From: Candidatus Micrarchaeota archaeon | GTDB lineage: Archaea; Micrarchaeota; Micrarchaeia; Anstonellales; Anstonellaceae | Assembly: GCA_043806415.1 (NCBI GenBank) | Contig: JAZDHB010000077.1 | Location: forward strand, 1-38,921 | Reading direction: 5' to 3' | DNA length: 38,921 nucleotides | Shown here: positions 19,273 to 28,437 of the stretch, piece by piece | Layout: each line of letters opens with the position of its first letter | Numbering within the stretch: the stretch's first letter is position 1 | The notes under the pieces: generated by a model | The model's database searches: none | What the model was told of the DNA's origin: nothing | Seen by the model: only the letters and a program-made list of their open reading frames with translations | Translations under genes and position numbers: made by a program

Positions 19273-19554
19273 CTATTCCAGCCACTTATAACCTTGGTTG
19301 CGCCGCACGATCTCGGTGATCTTCACTTCTTTCCCGACCACTGCATAGATGATTCGATACTCGCCCACTCTCAAGCGGTAGAATGGGGGTTCGAACGAGC
19401 CTTGCAGCTTCTTGATGTCTGCCCCGCTGCGGGGCCGGTAGGGGTCTTCTTTCAGCGCATCCCAGCCCCGGCGGATTCTTTTCTGCGCGTCCGGCTCCAG
19501 CTCGTCAAAAGCATGCCGGGCGGTCTTGGAAACCAGGACCAAAAAACCGCTCAT
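19273..19554 (-). CDS. relE: RelE/ParE-family toxin
   Basis: Motifs LKEDPY...DIKKLQG...YRLRVGEYRIIY. Confidence 0.9.
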   Translation of the reverse strand: MSGFLVLVSKTARHAFDELEPDAQKRIRRGWDALKEDPYRPRSGADIKKLQGSFEPPFYRLRVGEYRIIYAVVGKEVKITEIVRRNQGYKWLE

Positions 19555-19733
19555 AACCTACTCACCGGGGCGAATTCCTCATTCTCCAGAATCCACTTCT
19601 GTTTGAGCAAAAATCCATGCATCTTGGCGACTTCCATGAGGTTCTGGAGGATGTCCTGATAGGTCTGACCTTTGGTGCCAAATTGCTTGAGCTGCTCTTT
19701 GGTCTGCATGTCTATAGCGATTGTCGTTTGCAT
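19551..19733 (-). CDS. Putative antitoxin (RHH-like)
   Basis: MQTTIAID...KEQLKQFGTKGQTYQDIL with a 4-bp overlap with relE. A tandem catataatca repeat at 19731-19750 overlaps the start and may be an operator. Confidence 0.8.
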   Translation of the reverse strand: MQTTIAIDMQTKEQLKQFGTKGQTYQDILQNLMEVAKMHGFLLKQKWILENEEFAPVSRL

Positions 19734-19777
19734 ATAATCACATATAATCATTATATCTAATTATATTTAAGCCTTTC

Positions 19778-19807
19778 GTCAACCGGCTGCATCCGTAAGT
19801 TGAGGCA
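19778..19807 (+). repeat. Degenerate terminal asnS-tail copy (VNRLHP*) marking the right boundary of the array
   Basis: tcaaccggctgcatccgtaagttgaggca versus asnS tcaaccgggtatatccgtaagtcaaggca. Similarity extends past the stop codon. Confidence 0.7.
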
Positions 19808-19840
19808 AATCAACAAAAACCCCTCTTGCGTGTATCCGGC

Positions 19841-20341
19841 ATGGACCCCCTCATTTCCATCCAGCGCTATCTTTCCGCCCTGCGCTCCGGCGCGTCCGCC
19901 TCCACGGTTCTTTTCCCCGAGCAGCGCCGGCAATTCCGCGTAGTGCTCACCGGCGGGGTGTTCGACGTCATCCACCCCGGTCATTTGCACACCCTCAACG
20001 AAGCGAGGAAGGCGGGCGCGAACGCGTCCGGCAAGCCCGTGGTGCTGGTGGTCGTGGTCTCGACCGACGAGAACGTGGCGAAGCGCAAGGGCCGCGAGCC
20101 GCTCCATTCGGCCGCCGAGCGCTCCGCGCTTGTGGAGGCGCTCAAGCCCGTGGATCTGGCCATCGTTGGCGTCTCCCGCTGGCAGGACACCCTCGCGCGC
20201 GTCGCTCCCGACGTCGTGGTGTTCGGATACGACCAGACGCCCATGCCTCTGCCGGACGAAATCAAAGTCGTGCACCTCACCAGCCACGGGGCGAATCCCA
20301 ATTCGAAGACCGGCAAAGTGCGCGACCGGCTGGGTTTCTGA
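19841..20341 (+). CDS. ribL: Cytidylyltransferase-family protein, probable archaeal FAD synthase
   Basis: Motifs GGVFDVIHPGH (HxGH), VVVVSTD, KGREPL and PDVVVFGYDQ. Confidence 0.78.
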   Translation: MDPLISIQRYLSALRSGASASTVLFPEQRRQFRVVLTGGVFDVIHPGHLHTLNEARKAGANASGKPVVLVVVVSTDENVAKRKGREPLHSAAERSALVEALKPVDLAIVGVSRWQDTLARVAPDVVVFGYDQTPMPLPDEIKVVHLTSHGANPNSKTGKVRDRLGF

Positions 20342-20405
20342 TCACCTTGTGGATTCTATTCTATATTTATTCTTTTCCCCCCACAGTATAGCCGGAGGGG
20401 ATACC

Positions 20406-20735
20406 ATGGCCATAGCCTCTGGACAGTTCAAGCGCTCCTTAAGCGTAATCAAAGACGAAATCAAAAAGTTCAGCCAGCGGTATCCCAATTACTACGTCCT
20501 CTTCTACATGGCAATGAAGGGCGCAAGAGCCGAAGATCTGGCAATCGTCGACCGCCACCGCACGATCCACTACTCGAAAAACAGGGTCCAGGAAATCACG
20601 CACGCGGTCCTCGTTCCCGGCGAGACCATCCTCGAGCATGCGAACGCCTTCAGTGAAAACTACAAAAAGGAGAACCTCTTCCAGTTCTCGTTCTGCCGCA
20701 TCGAACCTCTCCTTGACTGGTTGGCCTCGGACTGA
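20406..20735 (+). CDS. Hypothetical protein
   Basis: ATG at 20406 preceded by GGAGGGG; 109 aa with plausible composition. Confidence 0.7.
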   Translation: MAIASGQFKRSLSVIKDEIKKFSQRYPNYYVLFYMAMKGARAEDLAIVDRHRTIHYSKNRVQEITHAVLVPGETILEHANAFSENYKKENLFQFSFCRIEPLLDWLASD

Positions 20736-20806
20736 CCGGCCTTCAAACGCGCCCCGACCGGTCGAGAACCGCATCATCGACCCGGATGAGCCTGGCCGAC
20801 CGGCCT

Positions 20807-21547
20807 TCAAACCGGGCTCCTTCTCTCGATGAGCGCGCACAGGAAAGCCTGCTCCACCATCTCGCGCCGATGGAGAAGCCCGCGCGACAAAAAGTCGATG
20901 GCCCCGCCTTTCTTGCCGATCTCCTCCACCCCGGCCATTTCGGAAACCACGTGCCCGAGCGAGCGGAGAGGTTTTTCTTTCGGCTCGTCCGGGGCGCTTC
21001 CGTCCGTTCCGATCGCGCCCGGAGCGCGCTTAAGCGTCCCGAATATTCTTTCCTTCACTTCATGCGGCAACGGGAAGCCCATCGAGCAGCCGGCGCTGAT
21101 CGTTTTGCCGTCATAGAGCGCGCAGAACTGGATGTCGAAGTATCTTTCCCCGAAGCGGATCAGCCCGCTCTCGAGGCCGGCCGTATAATCCGCGTCCGGG
21201 AAACGCTCATGCGCCCCCTTCGAGCGGTTGCACGCCCCGGTCCATGTCTCGTCGAAACCGAGCGGCTGCTCGCCCACCGCGCTGTTGGCCTCCACTCCGA
21301 ACACCTCGACGCGCGCCTGCGGGAAAGCCCGTCCGGCCGCGCGCCGAACGCCCTCCAATTTGACGGGGTTGAGCGAACCCACGGCGATGCGGATGATTTT
21401 GTGTTTTGGCGAGTCGGCCCTGATGCGGGCGGTCCCACGAATGCGCGAGCCGACCATGCGCTCGTTCCGTACGCCTTTTCTATTTCTTGACGCGTGCGTT
21501 TTTCCATCTGCCGCGGACGCGCGGGCTGTCGGTTTTTTGGCATTCAT
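20807..21547 (-). CDS. yjjX: Non-canonical purine NTP phosphatase (inosine/xanthosine triphosphatase, YjjX/DUF84)
   Basis: Motifs AVGSLNPVK, EQPLG...ET..GA.NR, GLESG and GAIDFLS. Start uncertain because of a long basic N-terminal extension. Confidence 0.87.
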   Translation of the reverse strand: MNAKKPTARASAADGKTHASRNRKGVRNERMVGSRIRGTARIRADSPKHKIIRIAVGSLNPVKLEGVRRAAGRAFPQARVEVFGVEANSAVGEQPLGFDETWTGACNRSKGAHERFPDADYTAGLESGLIRFGERYFDIQFCALYDGKTISAGCSMGFPLPHEVKERIFGTLKRAPGAIGTDGSAPDEPKEKPLRSLGHVVSEMAGVEEIGKKGGAIDFLSRGLLHRREMVEQAFLCALIERRSPV

Positions 21548-21599
21548 GCTCCTTTTCCCTTCCGCCAAACATTATAAACGGTGTTTCCCTCTTTTTTAC

Positions 21600-22049
21600 A
21601 TGACAAAAAGGGGCCAAGGCTCGGTCGAGACGGTCATCCTCCTCGCGGCCGTCCTTCTCATCGTCACGGTCATCTTCGTCTCGGCGAACGCCCGCCTTCT
21701 CTCCTCCCAGCGCGCCCAAGCCCGTCAAATCGCGGCCCAGAGCGTGCAGGACCTCGCCTCCGCCGCCGACGAAGTCTATCTGGCCGGCGAGGGCGCGACC
21801 CGCAAGGTCTGGGTGTCCATCCCCGAGTCCGTCCAGCTCGAGAGTTCATTCATCGGCTCGCGGCCCGGCACGGGCGCGTGGGCAAACAACAAGACCATCG
21901 ACCTCAACCTCTCGCGCGTGGGCGACGTATTCGCCATCACGCGCGCGCCGCTGTGCGGGAAATGGCCGGCCCAGCCCGGCCGCTACTCCCTCGTGCTCGT
22001 GTACAATTCGACATCCAAGGCCCACGTGACGATAAACAATTCGTGCTAG
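21600..22049 (+). CDS. Class III signal peptide protein (archaeal pilin-like)
   Basis: MTKRG/QGSVE followed by a hydrophobic helix, then ADEVYLAGEGATRKV. Confidence 0.85.
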   Translation: MTKRGQGSVETVILLAAVLLIVTVIFVSANARLLSSQRAQARQIAAQSVQDLASAADEVYLAGEGATRKVWVSIPESVQLESSFIGSRPGTGAWANNKTIDLNLSRVGDVFAITRAPLCGKWPAQPGRYSLVLVYNSTSKAHVTINNSC

Positions 22050-22132
22050 GAGAGGGAGTAAAAGGAGAGAAAGAAAAAGGAGGAAAGAACAGGTCAAAGA
22101 AGAAAAAGGAAAAAGAGGGGGCGGAGCGCGCG

Positions 22133-22588
<456 letters not shown>

Positions 22589-22817
22589 ATTCCCACCTCC
22601 ATGTGCGGCCGGCGAAGCGATCATACTTCTGTTTTCCCGGGTCGGGGTATAAAATACACCAGTTACGGTTTCGTTTCCTGGGCCGCCTCCGGATTTTTCA
22701 ATTACGGTTCAATTTTGGTCAAATTATACCCTAACATCGGTAAATTCTATTTAAGCGGCCATCCGTTCCTTCTACTGCGAAGACGCGCAAAAGCGCGGAC
22801 CCGCAGAGGTGAGGGAT

Positions 22818-23132
22818 ATGGAAAGAAAAACGATGGTGGCCCCGGGCCTTCTGGCCTTGGTCGGCGCGATTCCAATCGCGATGGCCTATGCCGGTTCCGG
22901 GCAGGATACGTTCGCGCCCGGCTTCGGCATGATGGGCGGCGGCTCGGTGAACATGATAGGTTTTGGCTGGCCGGGCACCGGCACTCAGGACGCTGGAGGC
23001 GGATGGGAGGCGATGAGGCGGATGCACAACCCGATGCACGGGACGGACTATCCGGCCGAGCAATTCGCCAATCTACATGCCGCCGGCATGGCGCAGTACG
23101 GGCCGGGTGATGGCGGATTTGGCTGCCATTAA
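22818..23132 (+). CDS. Small secreted Gly/Met/His-rich protein
   Basis: Signal-peptide-like N-terminus, GMMGGG and MHNPMH motifs, C-terminal GCH. GAGGTGA ribosome-binding site upstream. Confidence 0.6.
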   Translation: MERKTMVAPGLLALVGAIPIAMAYAGSGQDTFAPGFGMMGGGSVNMIGFGWPGTGTQDAGGGWEAMRRMHNPMHGTDYPAEQFANLHAAGMAQYGPGDGGFGCH

Positions 23133-23176
23133 GCGGTCCTTTTCCATTTTTCAAATTCAGAACCGGCGGCGAGGTG

Positions 23177-23704
23177 ATGGGAACGGCATACCCCTTCGAT
23201 TCAAAAACCGATGAGGCGAAAGCGCTCATGGTCTTCAAGCCCAAGCTCCATCATATTCTGGCCGTCGTTCTGGTCTTGAGCGTTCTCCAGTTCATGCTCT
23301 TGGCGGCCCATCTGAGCGGTTTTTATTCCGGGGATTTGCCATGGCTGTTCTGGGCTAATGTCGTCATCCTGGGGACATTCACCGTCATCTTCCTCCACCT
23401 TCTCGATCTGAGCCGGCGCATCTACGTGATATCCGACCGGGACGTGAACGAAATCAGCGGGCTGATACGAAGGGAGAAGCGGACCATTCCACTGGGCAAA
23501 GTGTTCGGCTACCGACTCGACCGTTCGGGCTGGGATCTCGTGCTGGGCACCGCCAATCTGACCATCTTGGCAAGCAGCGGGACGCCCATGCTGGAGATAA
23601 GCGCCGTCCATTACAGCGACGCGTGCAACGCCGAGAACCTGCTGGGCCGGCTGCTGGTGCTCCGAGGACCGGCAAACGCCATGAAATCCGGAGGGCCGAA
23701 CTAA
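23177..23704 (+). CDS. Membrane protein with bacterial PH-like (bPH_2) domain
   Basis: Two TM helices, then YVISDRDV...SGLI.R....IPLGKV and LVLGTANLTI. Confidence 0.7.
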   Translation: MGTAYPFDSKTDEAKALMVFKPKLHHILAVVLVLSVLQFMLLAAHLSGFYSGDLPWLFWANVVILGTFTVIFLHLLDLSRRIYVISDRDVNEISGLIRREKRTIPLGKVFGYRLDRSGWDLVLGTANLTILASSGTPMLEISAVHYSDACNAENLLGRLLVLRGPANAMKSGGPN

Positions 23705-23752
23705 CCATTCTTTCAAGGGCCGGTATATTCTGTTGGGCGTGAGGTGTTTTTC

Positions 23753-24019
23753 ATGGACTTTTCGAAAAATCACATGTTGTGGATGGCACTGGGCTGCCTG
23801 ATTCCCATCCTGCTGCTCTTCGCTCTTCCCTATTTCGGGATTCCCGGCAGCTGGCTTCCATTCCTATTCATCGCCGCCATGGTGGTTTGCCACCTGATGA
23901 TGATGGGCGGACACGGGAAGCACCAAGAGCATGGCGCAGCCAGGGACTCTCAAAATGCAGACGAGAGGGGCAAGGCTGGGGAAAAGCACGAAAAAGAGGA
24001 ATCGGGTTCATGTCACTGA
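23753..24019 (+). CDS. Small membrane protein (DUF2933-like) with His-rich tail
   Basis: HMLWMALGC...CHLMMMGGHGKH...GSCH. GAGGTG ribosome-binding site upstream. Confidence 0.7.
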   Translation: MDFSKNHMLWMALGCLIPILLLFALPYFGIPGSWLPFLFIAAMVVCHLMMMGGHGKHQEHGAARDSQNADERGKAGEKHEKEESGSCH

Positions 24020-24061
24020 CTTCACAAGGCTTTAAATTCGGGCTTGGAGTAGGGGACCGTG

Positions 24062-24346
24062 ATGACGCTCAAGAAGCTGCTCTACTGGCTGGTGGCCGGC
24101 TCGCGCGGAGGCCCCAACCGGGCGCGCCTGCTCATGCTGCTTTCCGACCGCCCAGCAAATGCCAAGCAGATATCCGACTCGCTGAAGCTTGACTACAAGA
24201 CAGTCCAACACCACGTCGAACTGCTGCTCAAGCATGGCCTCTTGGACGCGATTGGGGAGGGCTATGGAAAAGCCTATACGCTTTCGCCAGAAATGGAGGG
24301 GATGATGGATGAAATCCGAAAACTTGTCAAAAACCGCAAAGGATGA
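24062..24346 (+). CDS. ArsR-family winged-HTH regulator
   Basis: Motifs LLYWLVAGSRGGPNRARLL, PANAKQIS..L.LDYKTVQHH and GYGKAY. Confidence 0.87.
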   Translation: MTLKKLLYWLVAGSRGGPNRARLLMLLSDRPANAKQISDSLKLDYKTVQHHVELLLKHGLLDAIGEGYGKAYTLSPEMEGMMDEIRKLVKNRKG

Positions 24347-24764
24347 CGGGTTGGGAGGCGTAAGCTTCTCCTCGATCGCGATCTCGCTTGCGCTCGTGCT
24401 GCTCACCATCCTCGCCATCGCCCTCTTCGGCCAGTTCGCTCTCCCGGGTCCCGCCTCCTGCGGTTTCATGTCCTTCTCCGGAGACACGGCGCTGTGGGTG
24501 GGTGTCGGCCTAAACCTGCTCAACCTCGGCCTGCTAGCTTATCTGCTTGCCCAATACACCGACCTCTACTGGCAGTTGCACAGCGAGTTCACGCTGGGCC
24601 TCATCATCCTGGCCTATGTGCTGCTGGCCCATTCCATCATGGCCAGCCCGGCGCTGTTCGAGGTCATGGCCGGCCGTGGCATGATGGGAGGTTCATTCCA
24701 GTTCCTGCCCGCCATCTTCACCTTCATCGCCGCATCGGTGCTGCTCTACCTCAATTCGAGGTGA
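24309..24764 (+). CDS. Membrane protein commonly adjacent to archaeal ArsR regulators
   Basis: Four TM helices with LY...SEFTLGLII. Start uncertain. Confidence 0.65.
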   Translation: MKSENLSKTAKDDGLGGVSFSSIAISLALVLLTILAIALFGQFALPGPASCGFMSFSGDTALWVGVGLNLLNLGLLAYLLAQYTDLYWQLHSEFTLGLIILAYVLLAHSIMASPALFEVMAGRGMMGGSFQFLPAIFTFIAASVLLYLNSR

Positions 24765-24792
24765 TGAACGTGCTGGATAGCAGGCGCATGGG

Positions 24793-25539
24793 GTGGAGCG
24801 CGTGACAGGTTGGCTGCTGCCCGCATGGGCGAACGGATGGCTGGTCTTCTCACTGGCATTGCTGGGCGTCTGGGCCCTGCTGTTTGCCGTGATGCCCTCC
24901 TCGCGCAGGAGGATGCTCATGGCTGGCCTTCTGACCTCGCTGTTCGGGCTGACCGAGCCGCTCTTCGTCCCCGCCTACTGGAATCCCCCCTCGCTCTTTG
25001 ATTTGGCTGCCCGGACCGGATTCGATTTGGAGAGCCTGATTTTCTGTTTTGCCATCGGGGGCATCGGCGTGGTTCTCTACGAGGCGCTGTTCCCCGTGGT
25101 GCATCGCAGGATGGGTGCGCATGCGATGCATGCCAATCGCCATCGTTTCCACCAGCTGGCCTTGGCGGCGCCGGTTATCGTCTTCCTGCCCCTCATGGCG
25201 TTTACCCGCATCAACCCCATCCATTCGTCCAGCCTGGCCATGCTTGTCGGCGGGATTGCCGCCATATTCTGCCGGCCTGACCTGACGAAGAAGATTCTGG
25301 TCGGCGGGGCGCTGTTCCTTGCCCTCTATTTCGGCTTCTTCCTAGCCTTCAACCTGGCCTATCCGGGGTTCGTGCAGCAGGTCTGGAACCTCCCCGCGCT
25401 CAGCGGCATTCTGGTGCTGGGCGTGCCGCTGGAGGAGCTTATGTTCGCATTCACATTCGGCATGATGTGGTCGAGCGCATACGAGCACGTTTTCTGGTCA
25501 AGGCTGGCGCAACCGGCCAAGCAACGGAGGCGGGTGTGA
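24793..25539 (+). CDS. Lycopene-cyclase-domain-like membrane protein
   Basis: Duplicated TM module with EPLFVPAYWNP...DLESLIF and VWN...GILVLGVPLEELMFAF. Start uncertain. Confidence 0.7.
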   Translation: MERVTGWLLPAWANGWLVFSLALLGVWALLFAVMPSSRRRMLMAGLLTSLFGLTEPLFVPAYWNPPSLFDLAARTGFDLESLIFCFAIGGIGVVLYEALFPVVHRRMGAHAMHANRHRFHQLALAAPVIVFLPLMAFTRINPIHSSSLAMLVGGIAAIFCRPDLTKKILVGGALFLALYFGFFLAFNLAYPGFVQQVWNLPALSGILVLGVPLEELMFAFTFGMMWSSAYEHVFWSRLAQPAKQRRRV

Positions 25540-25541
25540 GC

Positions 25542-27749
25542 ATGGGAGAGTACAAATGCCAGAAATGCGGGATGGAATACGACAAACCCGGAAAGTGCGA
25601 GATGGACGGCACGAGGCTTGTCAAAACGGGGGGCGGCAGCCCCCCGGTTTCCACTTACGAATTTCAATCACATGGCATGACCCATGGCGAAAATATGGGC
25701 TGGTGGGAAAAATTCAGGATGAGTATGGGCATGACCATGGGGATGGACCACACCGGCCTGGCGGGCCGGGAAATGGCCAAGCTCATGGAAGAGGACATAC
25801 GCAACAAGTTCTTCGTATCGCTTTTATTGACTATCCCCGTGGTGCTCTATTCGCCGCTGGGCCAGTCGCTCGGCCTGAAGCTTCCCTCCCCAATCCCGAT
25901 CCCGTGGCTGCTCTTCGCCCTCTCAACTCCAGCATTCTTCTATTGCGGCTGGATATTCCTCTACTCCACGTTCGTGGCGCTGCGAGAGCGCAAGCTTAAC
26001 ATGGCGGTGCTGATTGCCGTCGGCATCACGGCCGCCTACGGCTTCAGTGCGCTGCTCACGCTGATGGGCAGCAGCGACACGTTCTACGACGCCGCCGTCA
26101 TGCTGATAACCTTCGTGCTGTTCGGCCACTGGATGGAGATGAAATCCAGGCGCGGGACCACCGACGCGCTGCAGGCGCTGTTCAACCTCGTGCCCCCGCA
26201 AGCCAGGCTGCTGCGCAACGGGCGCGAGGCGCTCGTGCCGACAAGCGATGTGAAGCCCGGCGACGTCCTCGTCCTCAAGCCGGGGGACAAGGTTCCGGTG
26301 GATGGCGTCATCATGGGCGGGGAGACGCTCATCGACGAGTCCATGGTGAGCGGCGAATCCATCCCGGTGCAGAAAAAACGCGGGGACAAGGTAATCGGGG
26401 GCTCCATCAACCAGAGCGGCTCGGTCAGGTTCAGGGCCACCCATGTGGGGGCAGACACCGCGCTGGCGCAAATCGTGCGGATGGTGGAGGTGGCCCAGAC
26501 CTCCAAGGCGCCGGGGCAGAGGCTGGCCGACAAATTCGCCGGATACCTCGTGATTGTGGCGGTGGGCAGCGGTTTTGTCACGTTCGCGGCGTGGTATTTC
26601 GTAGCCGGGCAGCCGCTGATGATGGCGCTCACCTTTGCAATATCGGCAGTCGTCATCGCATGCCCGGACGCGCTGGGGCTTGCGACCCCCACCGCCGTGG
26701 CGGTTGGCACGGGGTTGGGCGCGAAGCACAACATCCTCATCAAGGACGCCGCCACGCTGGAGCAGGCATCCAAAATCCAAGCTGTCGTGATGGACAAGAC
26801 CGGCACGCTGACCGAAGGCAGGCCCCGGGTGACGGACATCATAGCCTCTGCCGGTTTCGGCGCAAACGAGGTGCTTATGCTCGAAGCGGCGGTCGAGTCC
26901 AACTCGACGCACCCGCTAAGCCGGGCTGTAATCGAAGAGGCCAAGAGGCGGAAAATTAGCTTCCCTCAAAAGGTGGCCAAATTCTCCAACATCTCCGGGC
27001 ATGGCGTGGAAGCGAAAGTGGGCAGCCGGCACGTTCTTGTGGGGACTTCCAAGCTCATGACGGACCGCAAGGTGGACATCGCGCCATTGAGCCGGGAGAT
27101 GGACCGACTGGTGTCCGAGGGAAAGACCGTCATGCTGCTGGCCGTCAATGGCAAGCTGGCCGGTGTCACGGCCGCCGCCGACCAGATAAAGCCGACCGCG
27201 AAGATGGCCGTGGAAAGGATGCACGAACTCGGGCTGGAAGTCGCCATGATAAGCGGGGACAATCAGAAGACCGCAGATGCCGTGGCAAAAAAGCTTGGCA
27301 TCGAGAGGGTGTTCGCGCAGGTGCTGCCGGAAGACAAGGCGAAATACGTGAAAAAGCTGCAAGAGGAGGGGAAATTCGTCGCCATGGTGGGAGACGGGGT
27401 CAATGACGCCCCGGCGCTCGCGCAGGCCGACATCGGCATCGCCATCGGCGCGGGGACCGACGTGGCCATCGAGACGGCGAAAATCGTGCTGATGAAATCC
27501 GACCCGGCCGACATCCTGCGGGCCATCCGGCTCTCCAAGGCCACCGTGCGCAAGATGAAGGAAAACCTCGTCTGGGCGTCCGGCTACAACCTGCTGGCCA
27601 TTCCCATCGCGGCGGGCATGCTTTATCCGGGTTATGGCATCGTCCTTCCGCCGGAAATTGCCGCCCTGCTCATGAGCGTCTCGTCCATCATCGTCGCAAC
27701 GAACGCAGTGCTTCTCAAGCGCGCCGAGAAGGAATTGATTGGCATCTGA
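25542..27749 (+). CDS. P1B-type heavy-metal (copper) translocating ATPase with CPD motif
   Basis: Motifs SGES, ACPDALGLATP, DKTGTLT, HP, GDGVNDAPALA, YN and MSVSS. N-terminal CxxC...C and Met/His-rich segment. Confidence 0.93.
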   Translation: MGEYKCQKCGMEYDKPGKCEMDGTRLVKTGGGSPPVSTYEFQSHGMTHGENMGWWEKFRMSMGMTMGMDHTGLAGREMAKLMEEDIRNKFFVSLLLTIPVVLYSPLGQSLGLKLPSPIPIPWLLFALSTPAFFYCGWIFLYSTFVALRERKLNMAVLIAVGITAAYGFSALLTLMGSSDTFYDAAVMLITFVLFGHWMEMKSRRGTTDALQALFNLVPPQARLLRNGREALVPTSDVKPGDVLVLKPGDKVPVDGVIMGGETLIDESMVSGESIPVQKKRGDKVIGGSINQSGSVRFRATHVGADTALAQIVRMVEVAQTSKAPGQRLADKFAGYLVIVAVGSGFVTFAAWYFVAGQPLMMALTFAISAVVIACPDALGLATPTAVAVGTGLGAKHNILIKDAATLEQASKIQAVVMDKTGTLTEGRPRVTDIIASAGFGANEVLMLEAAVESNSTHPLSRAVIEEAKRRKISFPQKVAKFSNISGHGVEAKVGSRHVLVGTSKLMTDRKVDIAPLSREMDRLVSEGKTVMLLAVNGKLAGVTAAADQIKPTAKMAVERMHELGLEVAMISGDNQKTADAVAKKLGIERVFAQVLPEDKAKYVKKLQEEGKFVAMVGDGVNDAPALAQADIGIAIGAGTDVAIETAKIVLMKSDPADILRAIRLSKATVRKMKENLVWASGYNLLAIPIAAGMLYPGYGIVLPPEIAALLMSVSSIIVATNAVLLKRAEKELIGI

Positions 27750-27760
27750 GGGGGATTGGA

Positions 27761-28159
27761 ATGGAATACTACTATCGCAAGGAAAACAAGGAAGGCTTCG
27801 GGAAAGCCGTTGAACGTCTCAAGCAGGAGTTGGGCCGTGAAGGGTTCGGGGTGCTGACGGAAATCGACGTGAAGGCCACGCTCAAGAAAAAACTGGGCGT
27901 GGAATCCGCAAACTATGTCATCCTCGGCGCCTGCAACCCGGTTCTGGCCCACCAAGCGTTGCAATCCGAGAAGAACATCGGCGTCTATCTCCCATGCAAT
28001 GTCATAGTGTATGATGAGAACGGCCTAACGTGGATATCTTCCGTCCGCCCCACCGTCGCCATGTCCCGCGTAGGGAACGAGAAGCTGGCCCCTATTGCGC
28101 AGGCGGTGGAGGAAAAGCTCAAAGCCGTCGTGGACCGCGCATGCAGTCCTGCTTTGTAA
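27761..28159 (+). CDS. DUF302 domain protein
   Basis: Motifs GFGVLTEID, YVILGACNP and LPCNVIV. Confidence 0.9.
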   Translation: MEYYYRKENKEGFGKAVERLKQELGREGFGVLTEIDVKATLKKKLGVESANYVILGACNPVLAHQALQSEKNIGVYLPCNVIVYDENGLTWISSVRPTVAMSRVGNEKLAPIAQAVEEKLKAVVDRACSPAL

Positions 28160-28437
28160 GGCAGGGTTTTTTGCGCGGGCATGCCGGCGAATGCGCGGCT
28201 GCGGGCATCTCGCGTATCAAACAGGGCGCGCAAGTCCATTTGTCATTTTATCGCATGCGATGTTATCGCGAGGCTGCAGCTGTGGTGGCGCCTGCACCAC
28301 GCCTCGCACTTTTTCGCCCATTCCTTCTCCCTATAGGAAAGGCCGCAGTCGCCGCATTTGAAAATTTCTGGAGATGCCATGCGAATCACCAGTCAACTGG
28401 AATGAAAAACAAAAGATGGGAGTCGGCCTCTTCTACC

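Noticed and set aside
22050-22130. Purine-rich tract (also 10030-10100) as a repeat element
   Set aside because: Low-complexity sequence that is T-rich on the minus strand downstream of minus-strand genes. It is compatible with ordinary archaeal terminators and shows no repeat unit.
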